In this document: piece after piece, positions 14,656-29,665 of the stretch
Layout: each line of letters begins with the position of its first letter
Numbering within the stretch: the first letter of the stretch is position 1
Assembly (NCBI GenBank): GCA_951406725.2
Contig: OX597841.1
Span: 16,554,001 to 16,618,000, forward strand
Source: Octopus vulgaris
Lineage: Eukaryota
Direction of reading: 5' to 3'
Length of the DNA stretch: 64,000 bases
The notes under the pieces: generated by a model
The model's input: the letters and a program-made list of their open reading frames with translations, nothing else
What the model was told of the DNA's origin: nothing
Database searches by the model: none
Made by a program: the position numbers and the translations under genes

Positions 14656-14877
14656 ACCAATAGTGAAACACAGCCCCTATTCTGTGATGGTATAGGGAGC
14701 AATTTGGAGCAGTGGTTGATCAGAGCTGGTGGGCTGTGAGGGAAACATAAACTCGGATATTTTACGAATGACTCCTTCCAATCTTCAATGATTCAATGGT
14801 TCAATGATTCAAGAAGATTTTATTTTCGGAATATGTTAACGGTTCTTTGAGAGAACCAACGTCACAGAGAAGTAATT

Positions 14878-15075
14878 AAACAGACCGGTAAATTGAGTGG
14901 GATGCGACGATGGGGTGTCGAAATAGGGATCAGGAACAGATAACGAAATTTGTTGGTGAGGTAAATGGAACCGCAAGACGAATGCGAACAGTATGTTACG
15001 AATTGCGAGAGGAAGAAGCCGTGGACATCACGTTACCACTGATGAGAGGTCAACAACCTCTGAAACGTTGAGGCA
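14878..15075 (+). mobile_element. Penelope-like relic: GIY-YIG C-terminal traces followed by a hammerhead motif
   Basis: Translation remnants QTG-IEWDAT and RNRDQ, then CTGATGA GAGGT caaca ACCTC t GAAAC GTT at 15039-15069. Confidence 0.55.
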
Positions 15076-15498
15076 TTAACCTATGAATGGCCCATTATTC
15101 ATTCTGGCCGTGGATCAATGGCGGGTGATATATTCTTCGGTTATAACAGATGAAGGTTTCACATATGAAAATATATTTCTCTTCTTCGGAATAACGTTCC
15201 AATGTGCATTAAATATACATATACCGACAGATAAGCATATATACATACAAACACCACACACACACATACACACACACAAATATATATATATACATATACG
15301 TATAAATACATATAATATATATATATACATACATATAGATCTCTATCGCTATATATAGATCTATATATATATAAATATATATGTATATATATACGTATAT
15401 ATATACATATATAAGCGTATATATATAGATATATATATGCGTTCATATCTCTATATATATATGTATATATATATATGTATATATGTATATATATATAC

Positions 15499-15568
<70 letters not shown>

Positions 15569-15707
15569 ATATTTAAATTCCGATATCCGGCTTTTGCAAA
15601 CAGAAAGTGATGTATACGTTTAAATTAATATAGTTACACGCCTAGGGTTTTCTTGATTTTCTTATACATGACACTATATCTATATTCATTTGTACATGCA
15701 CACATCC

Positions 15708-15844
<137 letters not shown>

Positions 15845-16106
15845 GTACATGTATATATATAGATATGTACATGTATATATATATATATAGATATGTGTGC
15901 GTGTGTGTAAATATACATACTTACAGATATGCATCCATACGCACAAACATTCCTACATATATACATCTATAAAATACAAAAACAGAAGCATAGATATACG
16001 CACATATATATATCATTATATTCATGTACGTATATATATATGTACGCATGTCTATATACGTATGTATATAAACATGTACTTACACAAATACATATACGTA
16101 CATACC

Positions 16107-16184
<78 letters not shown>

Positions 16185-16194
16185 TATATGTATG

Positions 16195-16244
<50 letters not shown>

Positions 16245-16560
16245 GATGGTTACATATACGATTATACGCAGATTGAGTAAAAGATGAGAGAGAGAGAGAG
16301 ATAGATAGGTGTTTGGGTGGACAGGGTGGAGGGTGGCAATGTCACTCAAAAACGAACAATGAAGAAGAGTAAGTTGTAGAACAAGAATTCTGATTAACAA
16401 GTTTGCAGATATCAATATTCAATTTGGAATTGGTTTTTGGATATGAAAACTGGATGGAAGAACTCCGTGGAGGACGCTGTAATGGCGTTTCGTAGACATT
16501 GTTATAGAACGTTTCTGATAGAAGAACATACCACACGGATATGGATACACACACGCACAG

Positions 16561-16617
<57 letters not shown>

Positions 16618-16677
16618 CACACACATACACACAGAGTCACACACATACACACAGTCACATATATCCATCAGGCTTAT

Positions 16678-16708
<31 letters not shown>

Positions 16709-16846
16709 GAGTCACGCACTTATATTCATCCGGCTTATACATACACACACACACATATATATATATATACATACATAGAAAATATAGACTTATATACACA
16801 CACACACACACAGAGTTACGCACTTATATCCATCCGGCTTATACAT

Positions 16847-16883
<37 letters not shown>

Positions 16884-16971
16884 CATACATAGAAAATATA
16901 GACATATATTCAACATCAATAATTGTGTATATATATATAACTATACATACATATATATACATACAAATATG

Positions 16972-17025
<54 letters not shown>

Positions 17026-17199
17026 TATGTGTATGTGTGTGTATGCATGTATGCTAACACGCATGATTACATGCTTGCATACACACATATATGTGTGTGT
17101 ATACACACACACATACATTAGCGTAAATATAAACTTAAGTAATTTCTCATAATCCACCAGAATAGTACAACGCATCCGTAAGAGGATGTATAGCTTAAG

Positions 17200-17294
<95 letters not shown>

Positions 17295-17727
17295 GCGTGT
17301 CCGTTCCTTGGTGGATGCATGTGTACTTATCCATAGATGTTGAAACGTGAGGACAATCCGTGTGTGTGGAAGCGAGTGGAGGAGCAGTATTTGTTTGTAC
17401 GTGTGTGTCTTTGTGTGTGTGTCTGTGTGTGTGTGTTCTTGTGTGTGTTTATGTACATGTGCGAGTGTGTGTAATGGGTGCGTGCGATACAAAAACGAAA
17501 GGAATTGAAATGAATAAGTGAGGGCGATGGATGATAGGAAAGACTATCAGATTGACAGGAGCCTTGCACGAAACTCACGGCCGTTGAGTCACTCGGGGAA
17601 TATTTCGCTGATTAAGATTTAAAAGGTAAACCCAAAAGTATATACACAAGTATATAGTTCTCTGTGCATGTACATATGTATATATTTACATACGTACACA
17701 CACACACATATATATGTATATATGTAT

Positions 17728-17785
<58 letters not shown>

Positions 17786-17955
17786 GTCTACATACATGCT
17801 TGAATATAAATATACAAATACATATATATATATGTGTGTCTATATATATTCATAAATATATATATATAGATATAGATATGTGTGTGTGCATGCGTGTACA
17901 TATGTAATGTATATATATACATATACATTATATATATATATATATATATATATAC

Positions 17956-17996
<41 letters not shown>

Positions 17997-18430
17997 CGTA
18001 CATACACACATACATACATACAAATATATATATATATATAGAAATGTACATATATATATATGTACATTTGTATAATTTTATATGCTAAAGACATTCTCCT
18101 GTTCAGCTCTCTTGAGAGATACCACTATATAAATTACACACACACACACACACACACATATACACGTATACACACACTTATATATACAGACTCACACGCA
18201 TGTATATGATATATATATATATATATACAAGTATGTATACATACGCCCATATACACTCACGAACACATGTTCGTGTGACGTGAATCTCTAGATAGGAGGA
18301 AATCAATTCAATTTAAATAAATAAATATATAGCTTGCATTTCACGGTTTTTCTCTAAATGAAATGTAAATGTATTTATTTGTAAGGGGATGTATATGATA
18401 CCAAATTGATAGAAAGAGAGAGATATGTAG

Positions 18431-18487
<57 letters not shown>

Positions 18488-18526
18488 TGAGACAAAGAGA
18501 TAGACTGTTGGATAGATAGCTGATTT

Positions 18527-18587
<61 letters not shown>

Positions 18588-18605
18588 AGAGTGAGAGTCA
18601 GGGAC

Positions 18606-18642
<37 letters not shown>

Positions 18643-18818
18643 ATAGATAGAATTGATAGATAGGTAGATGGATAGATTTATAGATAAATAGATAGATAGA
18701 TAAACAGACAAATAGATAGATAGACAGAGAGACAGACATACAGTCTGATAGATAGATAGATAAATAGATAGATGGAGAGATAGATAGATACGTAGATAGA
18801 TAGACAGATAGATTGATC

Positions 18819-18886
<68 letters not shown>

Positions 18887-18952
18887 TATGCGAGTTTGCT
18901 TATATAAATATATATATATATGTATATATATATATTTATATACTTACATATT

Positions 18953-18988
<36 letters not shown>

Positions 18989-19067
18989 TACATATATGTA
19001 TTTATATACTTACATATTTGTACATATATATATATATATATACATATAGATACATATATGTATACAT

Positions 19068-19122
<55 letters not shown>

Positions 19123-19373
19123 TATATTTATATATGGAGAGAGAGGTTGATGCATATATTAATGTATATGCAGGTCTTTTGTATGCATTTCACTAATTCA
19201 GTGTATACGTTGCCTCGGAATATAACATGTTTAAAAAATAGTTGTATTTACATTTATATATACACAAGTAAGCAGATGCCTGATTTTGTTAATTTTGATA
19301 CGCATGCGTCAATGTATCGCTCAGTAAGGCCATCAAATAATACATACCCATATATATGTTTGTGTGTGAGTAA

Positions 19374-19427
<54 letters not shown>

Positions 19428-19533
19428 GTATGTTTGTATATATATATGGCTCAAATTTCCTGAGAACTTCGATGTGTCCTATATAGAGAAAATTTCATAT
19501 CTCGAAAATAAATTATATTTATTTATATGTGTA

Positions 19534-19567
<34 letters not shown>

Positions 19568-19603
19568 CATATATATATATTTATTTATATATAGGCATGA
19601 TCG

Positions 19604-19671
<68 letters not shown>

Positions 19672-20356
19672 GTGTGTGTGTGTGTGTCTGTGTGTGTGTA
19701 CGAACAAATAGAAATGTGTTTGGTTTGTATATATATATATGTGTGTTTGTATGTATCCACATACCGATATATAGTCAGTATAGTTTTATAACTTATATGT
19801 GTCGATGTGTATGTTTTTCGTGTGGGAGCGTGTTTATGTACGTGTGTGTCACTGCTTATGTGTGCGTGTCTGTGTCTGTGCGCGTGCGTGTGTCTCTTTG
19901 CTGGAGTTTGTTTGCTTGTTTACACAAGGCAAAAGAAATCCTTAAGTCGTTTGTCCTCTTAACTGCATGTTCAGCAGTTAATATCGAGCGTGTGTTTGGG
20001 ATAGCGAACGGTGGAGGGAGCTGTGTACGTAACGTGGTGGCTGTGTCGTTGTGGAAGTAGTGCCATGGTGGCGGTGTTGGTGTTGGTGGTTGCGAAGTGG
20101 TGGATGAAGCGTCGTAGATGGAGATACGAGGATGAAGTGTGCTGGGTGCGGTTGAATCTCACATAATCTATGAGAAACTAATAAAGCTATTTCGATTGAT
20201 GCAATAGGAATATTAAATAACTTACCAAACTCACTTCAGACGCATGTATGTATGTATATATGTATATATACATATATGCTTGCATCTGTATATAAAATCA
20301 TATGGATATTTAAAGAAATATATATGTATGGATATATATCTATCTAATTATTTCGG

Positions 20357-20397
<41 letters not shown>

Positions 20398-20494
20398 TGA
20401 GAGAGAGAGAGAGAGGGAGAGAGAGGCAGAGAGATACATAGATAGATAAACTGATAGATACATAAATATAGATGTAGAAAAATATATATGTATG

Positions 20495-20569
<75 letters not shown>

Positions 20570-20705
20570 ACATACATACATATATGCTAGCATCTGTATA
20601 TAAATATATATATATATACATTTTCATACATGTTAGCATTTGTGTAAAAATGTATATAGATATTTAAAGAAATATATAAATATCGATATATATATATACG
20701 TATAT

Positions 20706-20794
<89 letters not shown>

Positions 20795-21000
20795 TACATA
20801 GATAGATAGATAGATAGATAGATAGCGAGAGAGAGATAGAGAGAGATATAATTGTAGAAATATATATATATTATATATATATAATATATAAATGGCGGTG
20901 CCCCAGCATGGCCACAGCTCATGAGCTGAAACTGGAATCAATCAATCATATGTTTATATATATATTATAGGTATGTATGTATCTCTCTCTCTCTCTCTAT

Positions 21001-21048
<48 letters not shown>

Positions 21049-21353
21049 AAATGAATATACCTATACTTTATATGTATATATTGAAATATACATATGCTTA
21101 TATCTATAATCATATATTACTATGAATTACTCATTCTTATATCTATCTCTCTATCTCTCTATATATACATATATGTATGTATATACAATAGTGCATATAC
21201 CGACACTTGTATACACTTACCGTCCCATATGTGTGTGCGTGCGTGTATGAAAGAGGGGAATCTCGAATTCCACACATTCTGAAAGAGGGAAAGAGAATGA
21301 TTGAGTGTGCGAGAGGGATAGAGGGGCAGGAGAGAGAGGAAGAGAAATATACG

Positions 21354-21410
<57 letters not shown>

Positions 21411-21418
21411 GTATATAC

Positions 21419-21452
<34 letters not shown>

Positions 21453-21453
21453 G

Positions 21454-21498
<45 letters not shown>

Positions 21499-21506
21499 GT
21501 ATATAC

Positions 21507-21611
<105 letters not shown>

Positions 21612-21939
21612 TGTATATTTAGAGAGAGAGAGAGAGAGAGAGAGAGAGCGGGAGTGAGAAATTAGATTTATATGAAACTTGAGAAGGCATGAAGGATGAA
21701 GGAAGGAAGAAAAGTAAGTCTCAATGTCCGCCATGTTTGTTTAAAAGAAACATGCAGAAATGGATAAATAAACAAACAAACGAACAAACAAACAAGTAAA
21801 TAAGTAAATAAGTAAATAAATATGTCGTGAACCTTTTTGTTTAGATGGAAGAGAATTCCATACGAGAGATCAGACGAACGATTAAACGAGAGAGAAATAA
21901 TACAAAAACTGAAATTACAAACGAACAAATGATGTCATG

Positions 21940-21959
21940 GTAACAACAACAACAACAAC

Positions 21960-22004
<45 letters not shown>

Positions 22005-22602
22005 AAGAATAAAAGTAATAATGATAATGATAATAATAATAATGATAATAATAATGATGATAATAATAATGATGATAATAATAATGATGATAATAATAAT
22101 GATAATGATAATAATAATAATGATGATGATAATAATAATGATGATAATAATAATAATAATGATAATAATAATAATAATAATAATTATAATAATGATAATA
22201 ATAATAATAATGATAATAATAATGATGATAATAATAATGATGATAATAATAATAATGATGATAATAATAATAACAATGATAATAATAATGATAATGATAA
22301 TAATGATAATAATAATGATGATAATAATAATGATGATGATAATAATAATAAAAATAATAATGATGATGATGATGATAATAATGATAATAATAATAATGAT
22401 GATAATAATATTAATAATAATGATAATAATAATGATGATAATAATAATGATAATAATAATAAAAATAATAATAATGATAATAATGATGATAATAATAATG
22501 ATAATAATAATAATAATGATAATAATAATAATGACAATAATAATAATAATGATAATTATAATAATGATAATAATAATAATAATGATAATGATAATAATGA
22601 TG

Positions 22603-22661
<59 letters not shown>

Positions 22662-22731
22662 GATAATAATAATAATGATGACAATAATAAGAATAATAAT
22701 GATAATAGGAATAATAATGATAATAATAATG

Positions 22732-22790
<59 letters not shown>
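21940..22790. repeat. Mixed (AAT)n/(GAT) trinucleotide tract of about 850 bp
   Basis: Directly visible; gives the spurious 322-aa poly-I/M ORF. Confidence 0.96.
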
Positions 22791-22920
22791 TCTTTCTACT
22801 AAAGGCGAAATGCCTGAAATTCCGGGGGAGGGGTCGAAGAGACTAGTCGATTACATCGACCTTAGTGTTTCACTGGTACTTAAGTTATCGAATCCGAAGC
22901 GATGAAAAACAAATTGGACC
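22791..22920 (-). mobile_element. Old SINE family C variant, 3' part
   Basis: ctagtcgattacatcgaccttagtgtttcactggtacttaa...gatgaaaaacaaa matches the family C central domain, with a different tail. Confidence 0.7.
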
Positions 22921-23149
22921 ATGTTAACAGAAAAAATTATTTACATTCAAAAGGTGCTATTTTTCTATGAAAATCTCTATTTTTTTACGATGTTTTGACT
23001 GCTGTGTCGCCATTTTTCGGTGTATTTCAACCAGAAAAATGTTCACTTAAAGAGAATAACAAGCTACATAATGCAAAATTTTTACTTTTCAAAAATTCCA
23101 ATTCTAAAGGGTTGAAACAAACCCGAGCAACGCCGGGCGATACTGCTAG
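22921..23149 (+). mobile_element. Helitron 3' end
   Basis: Subterminal GC hairpin CCCG agcaacgc CGGG (23122-23137) followed 8 nt later by CTAG|T (23146-23150). The 5' boundary is uncertain. Confidence 0.65.
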
Positions 23150-23169
23150 TACCCACAACAATAACACTT

Positions 23170-23460
23170 AAGAAAGTTAAGATGGATTACCGATGTGGGA
23201 AGAAAGGCCCATCATTGAACCATCTTCTGTTTATGGATGTCCTGAAATTGTTTGGGAGATCTGAAAAACAGATAGATTCCTTAACAAAGGCGGTCCGGAA
23301 GTGTCGTAGGGACACCGGTATGGAATTTGGGATTACCAAGTGCTCAGCACTTAATATGAAAAGAAGGAAGAAAGTAGCCTGCCGAGGATTGCGGTTACCA
23401 TCAGGAGAGACTATGGGTGAACCCGACGGTAGTGGGTATAAATATTTAGGAATTCTCTTT
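23170..23460 (+). pseudogene. LINE reverse-transcriptase fragment (domains 5-7, R4/Dong-like)
   Basis: LNHLLFMDVLKLF (degenerate YMDDLKL), GMEFGITKC and YKYLGI motifs in ORF 23182-23472. Confidence 0.88.
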
Positions 23461-23505
23461 ATTTGTGTATAACCTCCGTACGAGTTACCTCGGTTCTATA
23501 TAGTC

Positions 23506-23613
<108 letters not shown>

Positions 23614-23624
23614 GTAATAATAAT

Positions 23625-23814
23625 CAAGTTTTAAAACAAACATAATTTTCTTATGGTTTCTTAAACATTCACTAGTACAACACTAAGTACAAAACCAAAT
23701 ATATGGCACACTAGGCATAATACCAACATGAACATCCAACTTGTTGTCTCTTGAGATCTCTGGGTGAGACTTGGCACCAACTTGTACAAATGTAAAGCAA
23801 AAGTCAAACATAGA
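23625..23814 (+). mobile_element. 3' UTR of the same RLE LINE found at 37291-38826, inserted in (AAT)n
   Basis: ctcttgagatctctgggtgagacttgg...aaagcaaaagtcaaacatagaataat is the reverse complement of 37291-37480. Confidence 0.85.
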
Positions 23815-23821
23815 ATAATGA

Positions 23822-23853
<32 letters not shown>

Positions 23854-24431
23854 TTATTATTATTATTATTAGTAGTAGTAGTAGTAGTTGTTGTTGTTGT
23901 TGTTATTGAAACAACTACGCCAGCAGCCCCAGTATTAAGTGGTGTGATAGAGAGGAAGAGATACATTGATAAGATATTGATGGATCGTAGATAAATAGAT
24001 AGATAGATAGACAGACAAACACACAGACAGATAGATAGAGAGCTAGATAGATGGATAGATAGATAGACAAATAGATAGACAGATAGATAGAGTGGGGCAG
24101 AGAAAGGAGAGAGTGACAGAGAGAGAGAGAGGAAAAGGAGGAGATTGTATATATAGGTGTTTGTATGCGTGTGTGGATTTATCTGTGTGTATGTGTGTGT
24201 GTGGGGTGTATGTATATAAGTGCGTGTGTTTGCGTGTGTGTTTTGCTGGACTAAAAAGAAATGAAAGGAAAACAGAGGACGGAACGGTTTACGGCAATGG
24301 AAACTTCTATCTGAAATTACAAACATGGATGTGTTCAAAGTGAAGATATTTTTGCGGCGATGTTTAGTTTACTCGATGTCTTATATAAACATTACATAGC
24401 AAAACAAAATGGCCGCCTTGACAATCTGTTC

Positions 24432-26530
24432 TCCTCAGTTACGTGACTATTTATGTATCAATGTTTTTATGTATGTATATATGTATGTATGTGAAGGATC
24501 AACAGTGGTTAGGGCAGCGGACTCGCGGTCATAGGTTCGCAGTTTCGAGTGTGAGTGTGAGTGTTTATTGAGCGAAAACACCTAAAAGCTCCACGAGGCT
24601 CCGGCAGGGGATGGTGGTGATCCCTGCTGTACTCTTTCACCACAACTTTCTCTCACTCTTACTTCCTGTTTCTGTTGTACCTGTATTTCAAAGGGCCGGC
24701 CTTGTCACTCTCTGTGTCACGCTGAATATCCCCGAGAACTACGTTAAGGGTACACGTGTCTGTGGAGGCTCCGGCAGGGGATGGTGGTGATCCCTGCTGT
24801 ACTCTTTCACCACAACTTTCTCTCACTCTTACTTCCTGTTTCTGTTGTACCTGTATTTCAAAGGGCCGGCCTTGTCACTCTCTGTGTCACGCTGAATATC
24901 CCCGAGAACTACGTTAAGGGTGCACGTGTCTGTGGAGGCTCCGGCAGGGGATGGTGGTGATCCCTGCTGTACTCTTTCACCACAACTTTCTCTCACTCTC
25001 ACTCTTACTTCCTGTTTCTGTTGTACCTGTATTTCAAGGGGCCGGCCTTGTCACTCTCTGTGTCACGCTGAATATCCCCGAGAACTACGTTAAGGGTACA
25101 CGTGTCTGTGGAGTGCTCAGCCACTTACACGTTAATTTCACGAGCAGGCTGTTCCGTTGATTCGGATCAACCGGAACCCTCGTCGTCGTAACCGACGGAG
25201 TGCTTCCATCCGAGGCTCCGGCAGGGGATGGTGGTGGTCACTGCTGTACTCTTTCCTCAGTTACGTGACTATTTATGTATCAATGTTTTTATGTATGTAT
25301 ATATGTATGTATGTGAAGGATCAACAGTGGTTAGGGCAGCGGACTCGCGGTCATAGGATCGCGGTTTCGATTCCTAGACCGGCCTTGTGAGTGTTTATTG
25401 AGCGAAAACACCTAAAAGCTCCACAAGGCTCCGGCAGGGGATGGTGGTGATCCCTGCTGTACTCTTTCACCACAACTTCCTCTCACTCTCACTCTTACTT
25501 CTTGTTTCTGTTGTACCTGTATTTCAAAGGGCCGGCCTTGTCACTCTCTGTGTCACGCTGAATATCCCCGAGAACTACGTTAAGGGTACACGTGTCTGTG
25601 GAGTGCTCAGCCACTTACACGTTAATTTCACGAGCAAGCTGTTCCGTTGATTCGGATCAACCGGAACCCTCGTCGTCGTAACCGACGGAGTGCTTCCACA
25701 TCTGTCTTTCACAATGTATCTAAAATATTTGAAGCTGAGAATATTTATTATTTTTTTGTTGCCACTTTGTTTTTATATATAAGAAACAATTTTGCTAATA
25801 ATATCAAAAAGTCAAGATGCAAGCAGTATATGTATTTTTGTTTTTTTCCCTCTCAGTCCGAATAGAATGAACTGTGGGGTCTCAGCAAATATGGAGGCGC
25901 AATGGCCCAGTGGTTAGGCAGTGGACTCGCGGTTTCGATTCCAGACCGGGCGTTGTGAGTGTTTATTGAGCGAAACACCTAAAAGCTCCGAGGCTCCGGC
26001 AGGGGATGGTGGTGATCCCTGCTGTACTCTTTCACCACAACTTCCTCTCTCACTCTTACTTCCTGTTTCTGTTGTACCTGTATTTCAAAGGGCCGGCCTT
26101 GTCACTCTCTGTGTCACGCTGAATATCCCCGAGAACTACGTTAAGGGTACACGTGTCTGTGGAGTGCTCAGCCACTTACACTTTAATGTCACGAGCAGGC
26201 TGTTCCGTTGATTCGGATCAACCGGAACCCTCGTCGTCGTAACCGACTGAGTGCTTCCATCCGAGGCTCCGGCAGGGGATGGTGGTGATCCCTGCTGTAC
26301 TCTTTCACCACAACTTTCTCTCACTCTTACTTCCTGTTTCTGTTGTACCTGTATTTCAAAGGGCCGGCCTTGTCACTCTCTGTGTCACGCTGAATATCCC
26401 CGAGAACTACGTTAAGGGTACACGTGTCTGTGGAGTGCTCAGCCACTTACACGTTAATTTCACGAGCAGGCTGTTCCGTTGATTCGGATCAACCGGAACC
26501 CTCATCGTCGTAACCGACGGAGTGCTTCCA
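24432..26530 (+). mobile_element. Concatemer/cluster of SINE family B (tRNA-Arg-like head) with 170-bp internal tandem repeats
   Basis: Head TGGAGGCGCAATGGCCCAGTGGTTAGG...GGTTTCGATTCC, end CGACGGAGTGCTTCCA. Restarts at GAGGCTCCGG at 24765, 24935, 25212 and 26263; the upstream flank is duplicated at 24432 and 25254. Confidence 0.92.
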
Positions 26531-26561
26531 AAAAATGTATGTATGTATTTATGTATGTATG

Positions 26562-26724
26562 TGAAGGCACATGGCTCAGTGGTTAGAGCGGCGAGCTTAC
26601 GATCGTGAGGTTGTGAGTTCGTTTCCGGAACGGGCTGCGTGTTGTGTTCTTGAGCGAGTGGGACTGAACCCGGAACTGTGTGGTTCGTAAGCAAGCTAGT
26701 TACCACACAACCATTCCTGCGCCT
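26562..26724. mobile_element. SINE family E head (+) fused to SINE family A head (-)
   Basis: gaaggcacatggctcagtggttagagc...gttgtgttcttgagc followed directly by gtgggactgaacccggaac...cctgcgcct. Confidence 0.75.
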
Positions 26725-29665
26725 ATAATATATAATAATATACAATAATAGGACATGATGATGATAAGAACCGATGAAACTATTAAACTGAAGGTTTTGT
26801 CAGGATTAAGGAAGGTCCTTGTTGATCCTAGATTCAAGAAGCTAAAGCTTGATTCAGACAGTTGAATAGACGTCTCTAACAAATGTAGATTTATGTTGCA
26901 ACAGGATAATTTGGTTTCCTTAAATATATTTTTTTATGTTACTTCTCATCGAAGAACGCAGAGAAAATATTAGGCTGGTTTTTATGCAATAAAAGCTTTG
27001 CATGGCAATGAATAATTTCGTTAGAAATTTAAGGGGTAATAGAATAAATTAGGGACAAAAGATTCGAGTGAAATATGAGGCAGATATATATGAACCGATA
27101 AAACATATGACAGTAATAAAATAGGGGAGTTGCAGTAAATATAATGGAGCCGATAAAATATAATAAAATGCTGACATGATAATAGAAACCAATGAAAATG
27201 TTAAACTGAAGGACGCGACATGATTAAGCAAGGTATTTGTTGATCCTGGATTTAAGAAGCTAAATCGTATGTCTGATACAGGTGAATCGATGCTGTATCT
27301 AGCAAATGTAAATTTATGTTAGAACAGGATAACATGGTTTCCCTAAATATAAATTGTTTGTTATTTCTTATGAAGGAAAAAAAGCGTAGGTTGGTATTTA
27401 TGCCATAAAGCTTTATATATACATGCGTAATTACATTAGAAAAATAAAGGGTTTTAAGAAATTTATCGATAAAAGATTTGAATGAAACATGTTAGCATGG
27501 TAATAAATGAACTGATAAAACATTTGATGTTGATAAAATAGAGTAACACCAACGACAACGGATCTGATAAAGTATAGTAAAATATGTCGGCAATAAAAAC
27601 CGATGAAAATATTTAAGCGACGTAAGACTCGACATGGCAAAATTCATGGTAATCCTTGAACTGAAGGAGCTGAATGTTAGATTGTGACAGTTCAGTCCAT
27701 GTCGTCTGTAACAAGGACAGACTTGTGGAAAGACCGATATTTCGGTTTAGTTTATCAAAGTTTATATGTCGTTTCTTGCCAAATAATCCGAAGAAAATTT
27801 TAGGTTGGTATTTATGCTACAAAGGCGTTATACATCCAAGCGTAATTACGTTAGCAAAATAAGCGATGCTAAAAATTTAATGGAGGAAAGATATGATTGA
27901 AATATCACAAGACAATAATAAATGAGATGATAAAATATATGAGTTTTAAATTCGCTAAGTTCGATTCCAATAAAGGAGAGAATGAAGTATAATACAATGT
28001 GATGGCAATAAAATCTGATGAAAATATTAAATTGAAGGCTGTGTCGAGATTAAGTAAGGTCTTTGTTGATCCTAAGTTCAAGAAGCTAAATAGTTTCTCC
28101 AGAACAGCTGAATCAATGCTGTTTCTAATAACGATCGATGGTTTATGAAACGGATATTCCTTGGCTTCCCTTATCAAGGATTAAGAGCTCAGAGAATAGA
28201 GTGAGTTGGTATTTATGCTAAAAAGCGTTATATGTTCATGAATAATTACGTTAAAAAAATACACTTTACGGATAAAAGATTTGAATGAAATATGGTGAGA
28301 CGGTAAGAAAGAAACCAATAAATGACATAAACCGTTAAAATATAGGGTAATTGAGATGACAATGAAGGAGCTGATAGAATGCGGTGATAATAGGCACCAA
28401 TGAAAATAGTAAATTGAAGGGGATATCAAGATCAGGTCGGGTATTTGTTGATTCTGGATTTCAGAAGCTAAATCATTTGTTCGGAACAGCTCGATATAGA
28501 AGTTGTCTCTAATAAAAATTGATGTATTGTAGGATGGATAGCTCTTGGTTTCCCGTATCGAGGATCATATATGACATCTTATTAAAGAGCTTGGAGAAAA
28601 TTGTGGGTTGATATTTATGCAATAAAAGGTTTTATATATTCATGATTACGTTAGAAAAATAAAATTTATGGATAAAAGATTTGAATGAAATATGATGGGA
28701 CGCTAAGAAATGAACCGATAAACGATATAATGGTTGTAATAAAGGACAAGCTGCAATGACAATAAAGGAACCAGTAATATAGAATAAAATGGCGTTGTAA
28801 TAAAAGATGATAAAAATATTAAATCGAAGGTTGTGTCAAGATATAGCAAAACCCTTGTTGATCCTGGATTCAAGGGGCTAAATCGTTTTCTCTGAGATAG
28901 TTGAATCTATAGAATAAAATGGCGTTGTAATAAAAGATGATAAAAATATTAAATCGAAGGTTGTGTCAAGATATAGCAAAACCCTTGTTGATCCTGGATT
29001 CAAGGAGCTAAATCGTTTTCTCTGAGATAGTTGAATCTATGTTTTCTTTAACATTGATAAATTTATGTTAGGACAGGATATCTTGCTTTCCTTAAATAAG
29101 GATATGTTACTTCTTATGAACCAATAAAAGATACGATGGTTATAAAATATGGAAACTGCGATGACAGTAAACGCGGCCATATAAAGACGATGAAAATGTA
29201 GCAGTAAAAATAAGAAGGGGAAATAAGGCAAAATATTTGATAATCCTTCAACTGAAGAATCTAAATCGTTATATTGAGACAGTTCGATTTATGTCGTCTG
29301 TAATAAGGACGGATTTAAGGTAGGATGGATATTTCAGTTCCCTATATAAATACTTAGATGTTACTTCCTATCAAAGAGATTGGAGAAAATGGTGGGCTGG
29401 TAATTATGCACAAAAGCTGTATATTTTCGTGCATAATTAAGTCAGAAACATCAGGGATAGCAATAAAATAATTGTTAAAGAATATATATAGGATAATGAT
29501 GAGACGAACATAAATGACCCGATAAACGAAAGATTGGTTATAAAATAGAGCGACTGCAACGGCAATGAAAGAGCTGCTAAAATACAATAAAACGAGAGGC
29601 TGACAAAAGAAGCCGTGCGGTTATATAACCTGAAAGAAGCCGTCAACATTAGATAAGGCATTTGT
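26725..29665. repeat. Ancient degenerate tandem array, unit about 410 bp, about 7 units
   Basis: Anchor GTTGATCCT..ATTCAAGAAGCTAAA recurs at 26821, 27239, 27648, 28065, 28447, 28857 (duplicated at 28987) and 29239. Confidence 0.88.

Noticed and set aside
25892-25950. tRNA genes at the SINE heads (also 11137, 12113, 26562, 42703, 62410-62482)
   Set aside because: A and B boxes are present, but the cloverleaf and acceptor stem are incomplete and each runs into a SINE body.
24951-26482. Repeated 67-96 aa ORFs (MVVIPAVLFHHN...) as a tandem gene family
   Set aside because: They lie wholly within SINE B copies.
26725-29665. Protocadherin or C2H2 zinc-finger array
   Set aside because: The period of about 410 bp fits neither, and no DxNDNxP or C-x2-C...H-x3-H motifs are found in the frames I translated.
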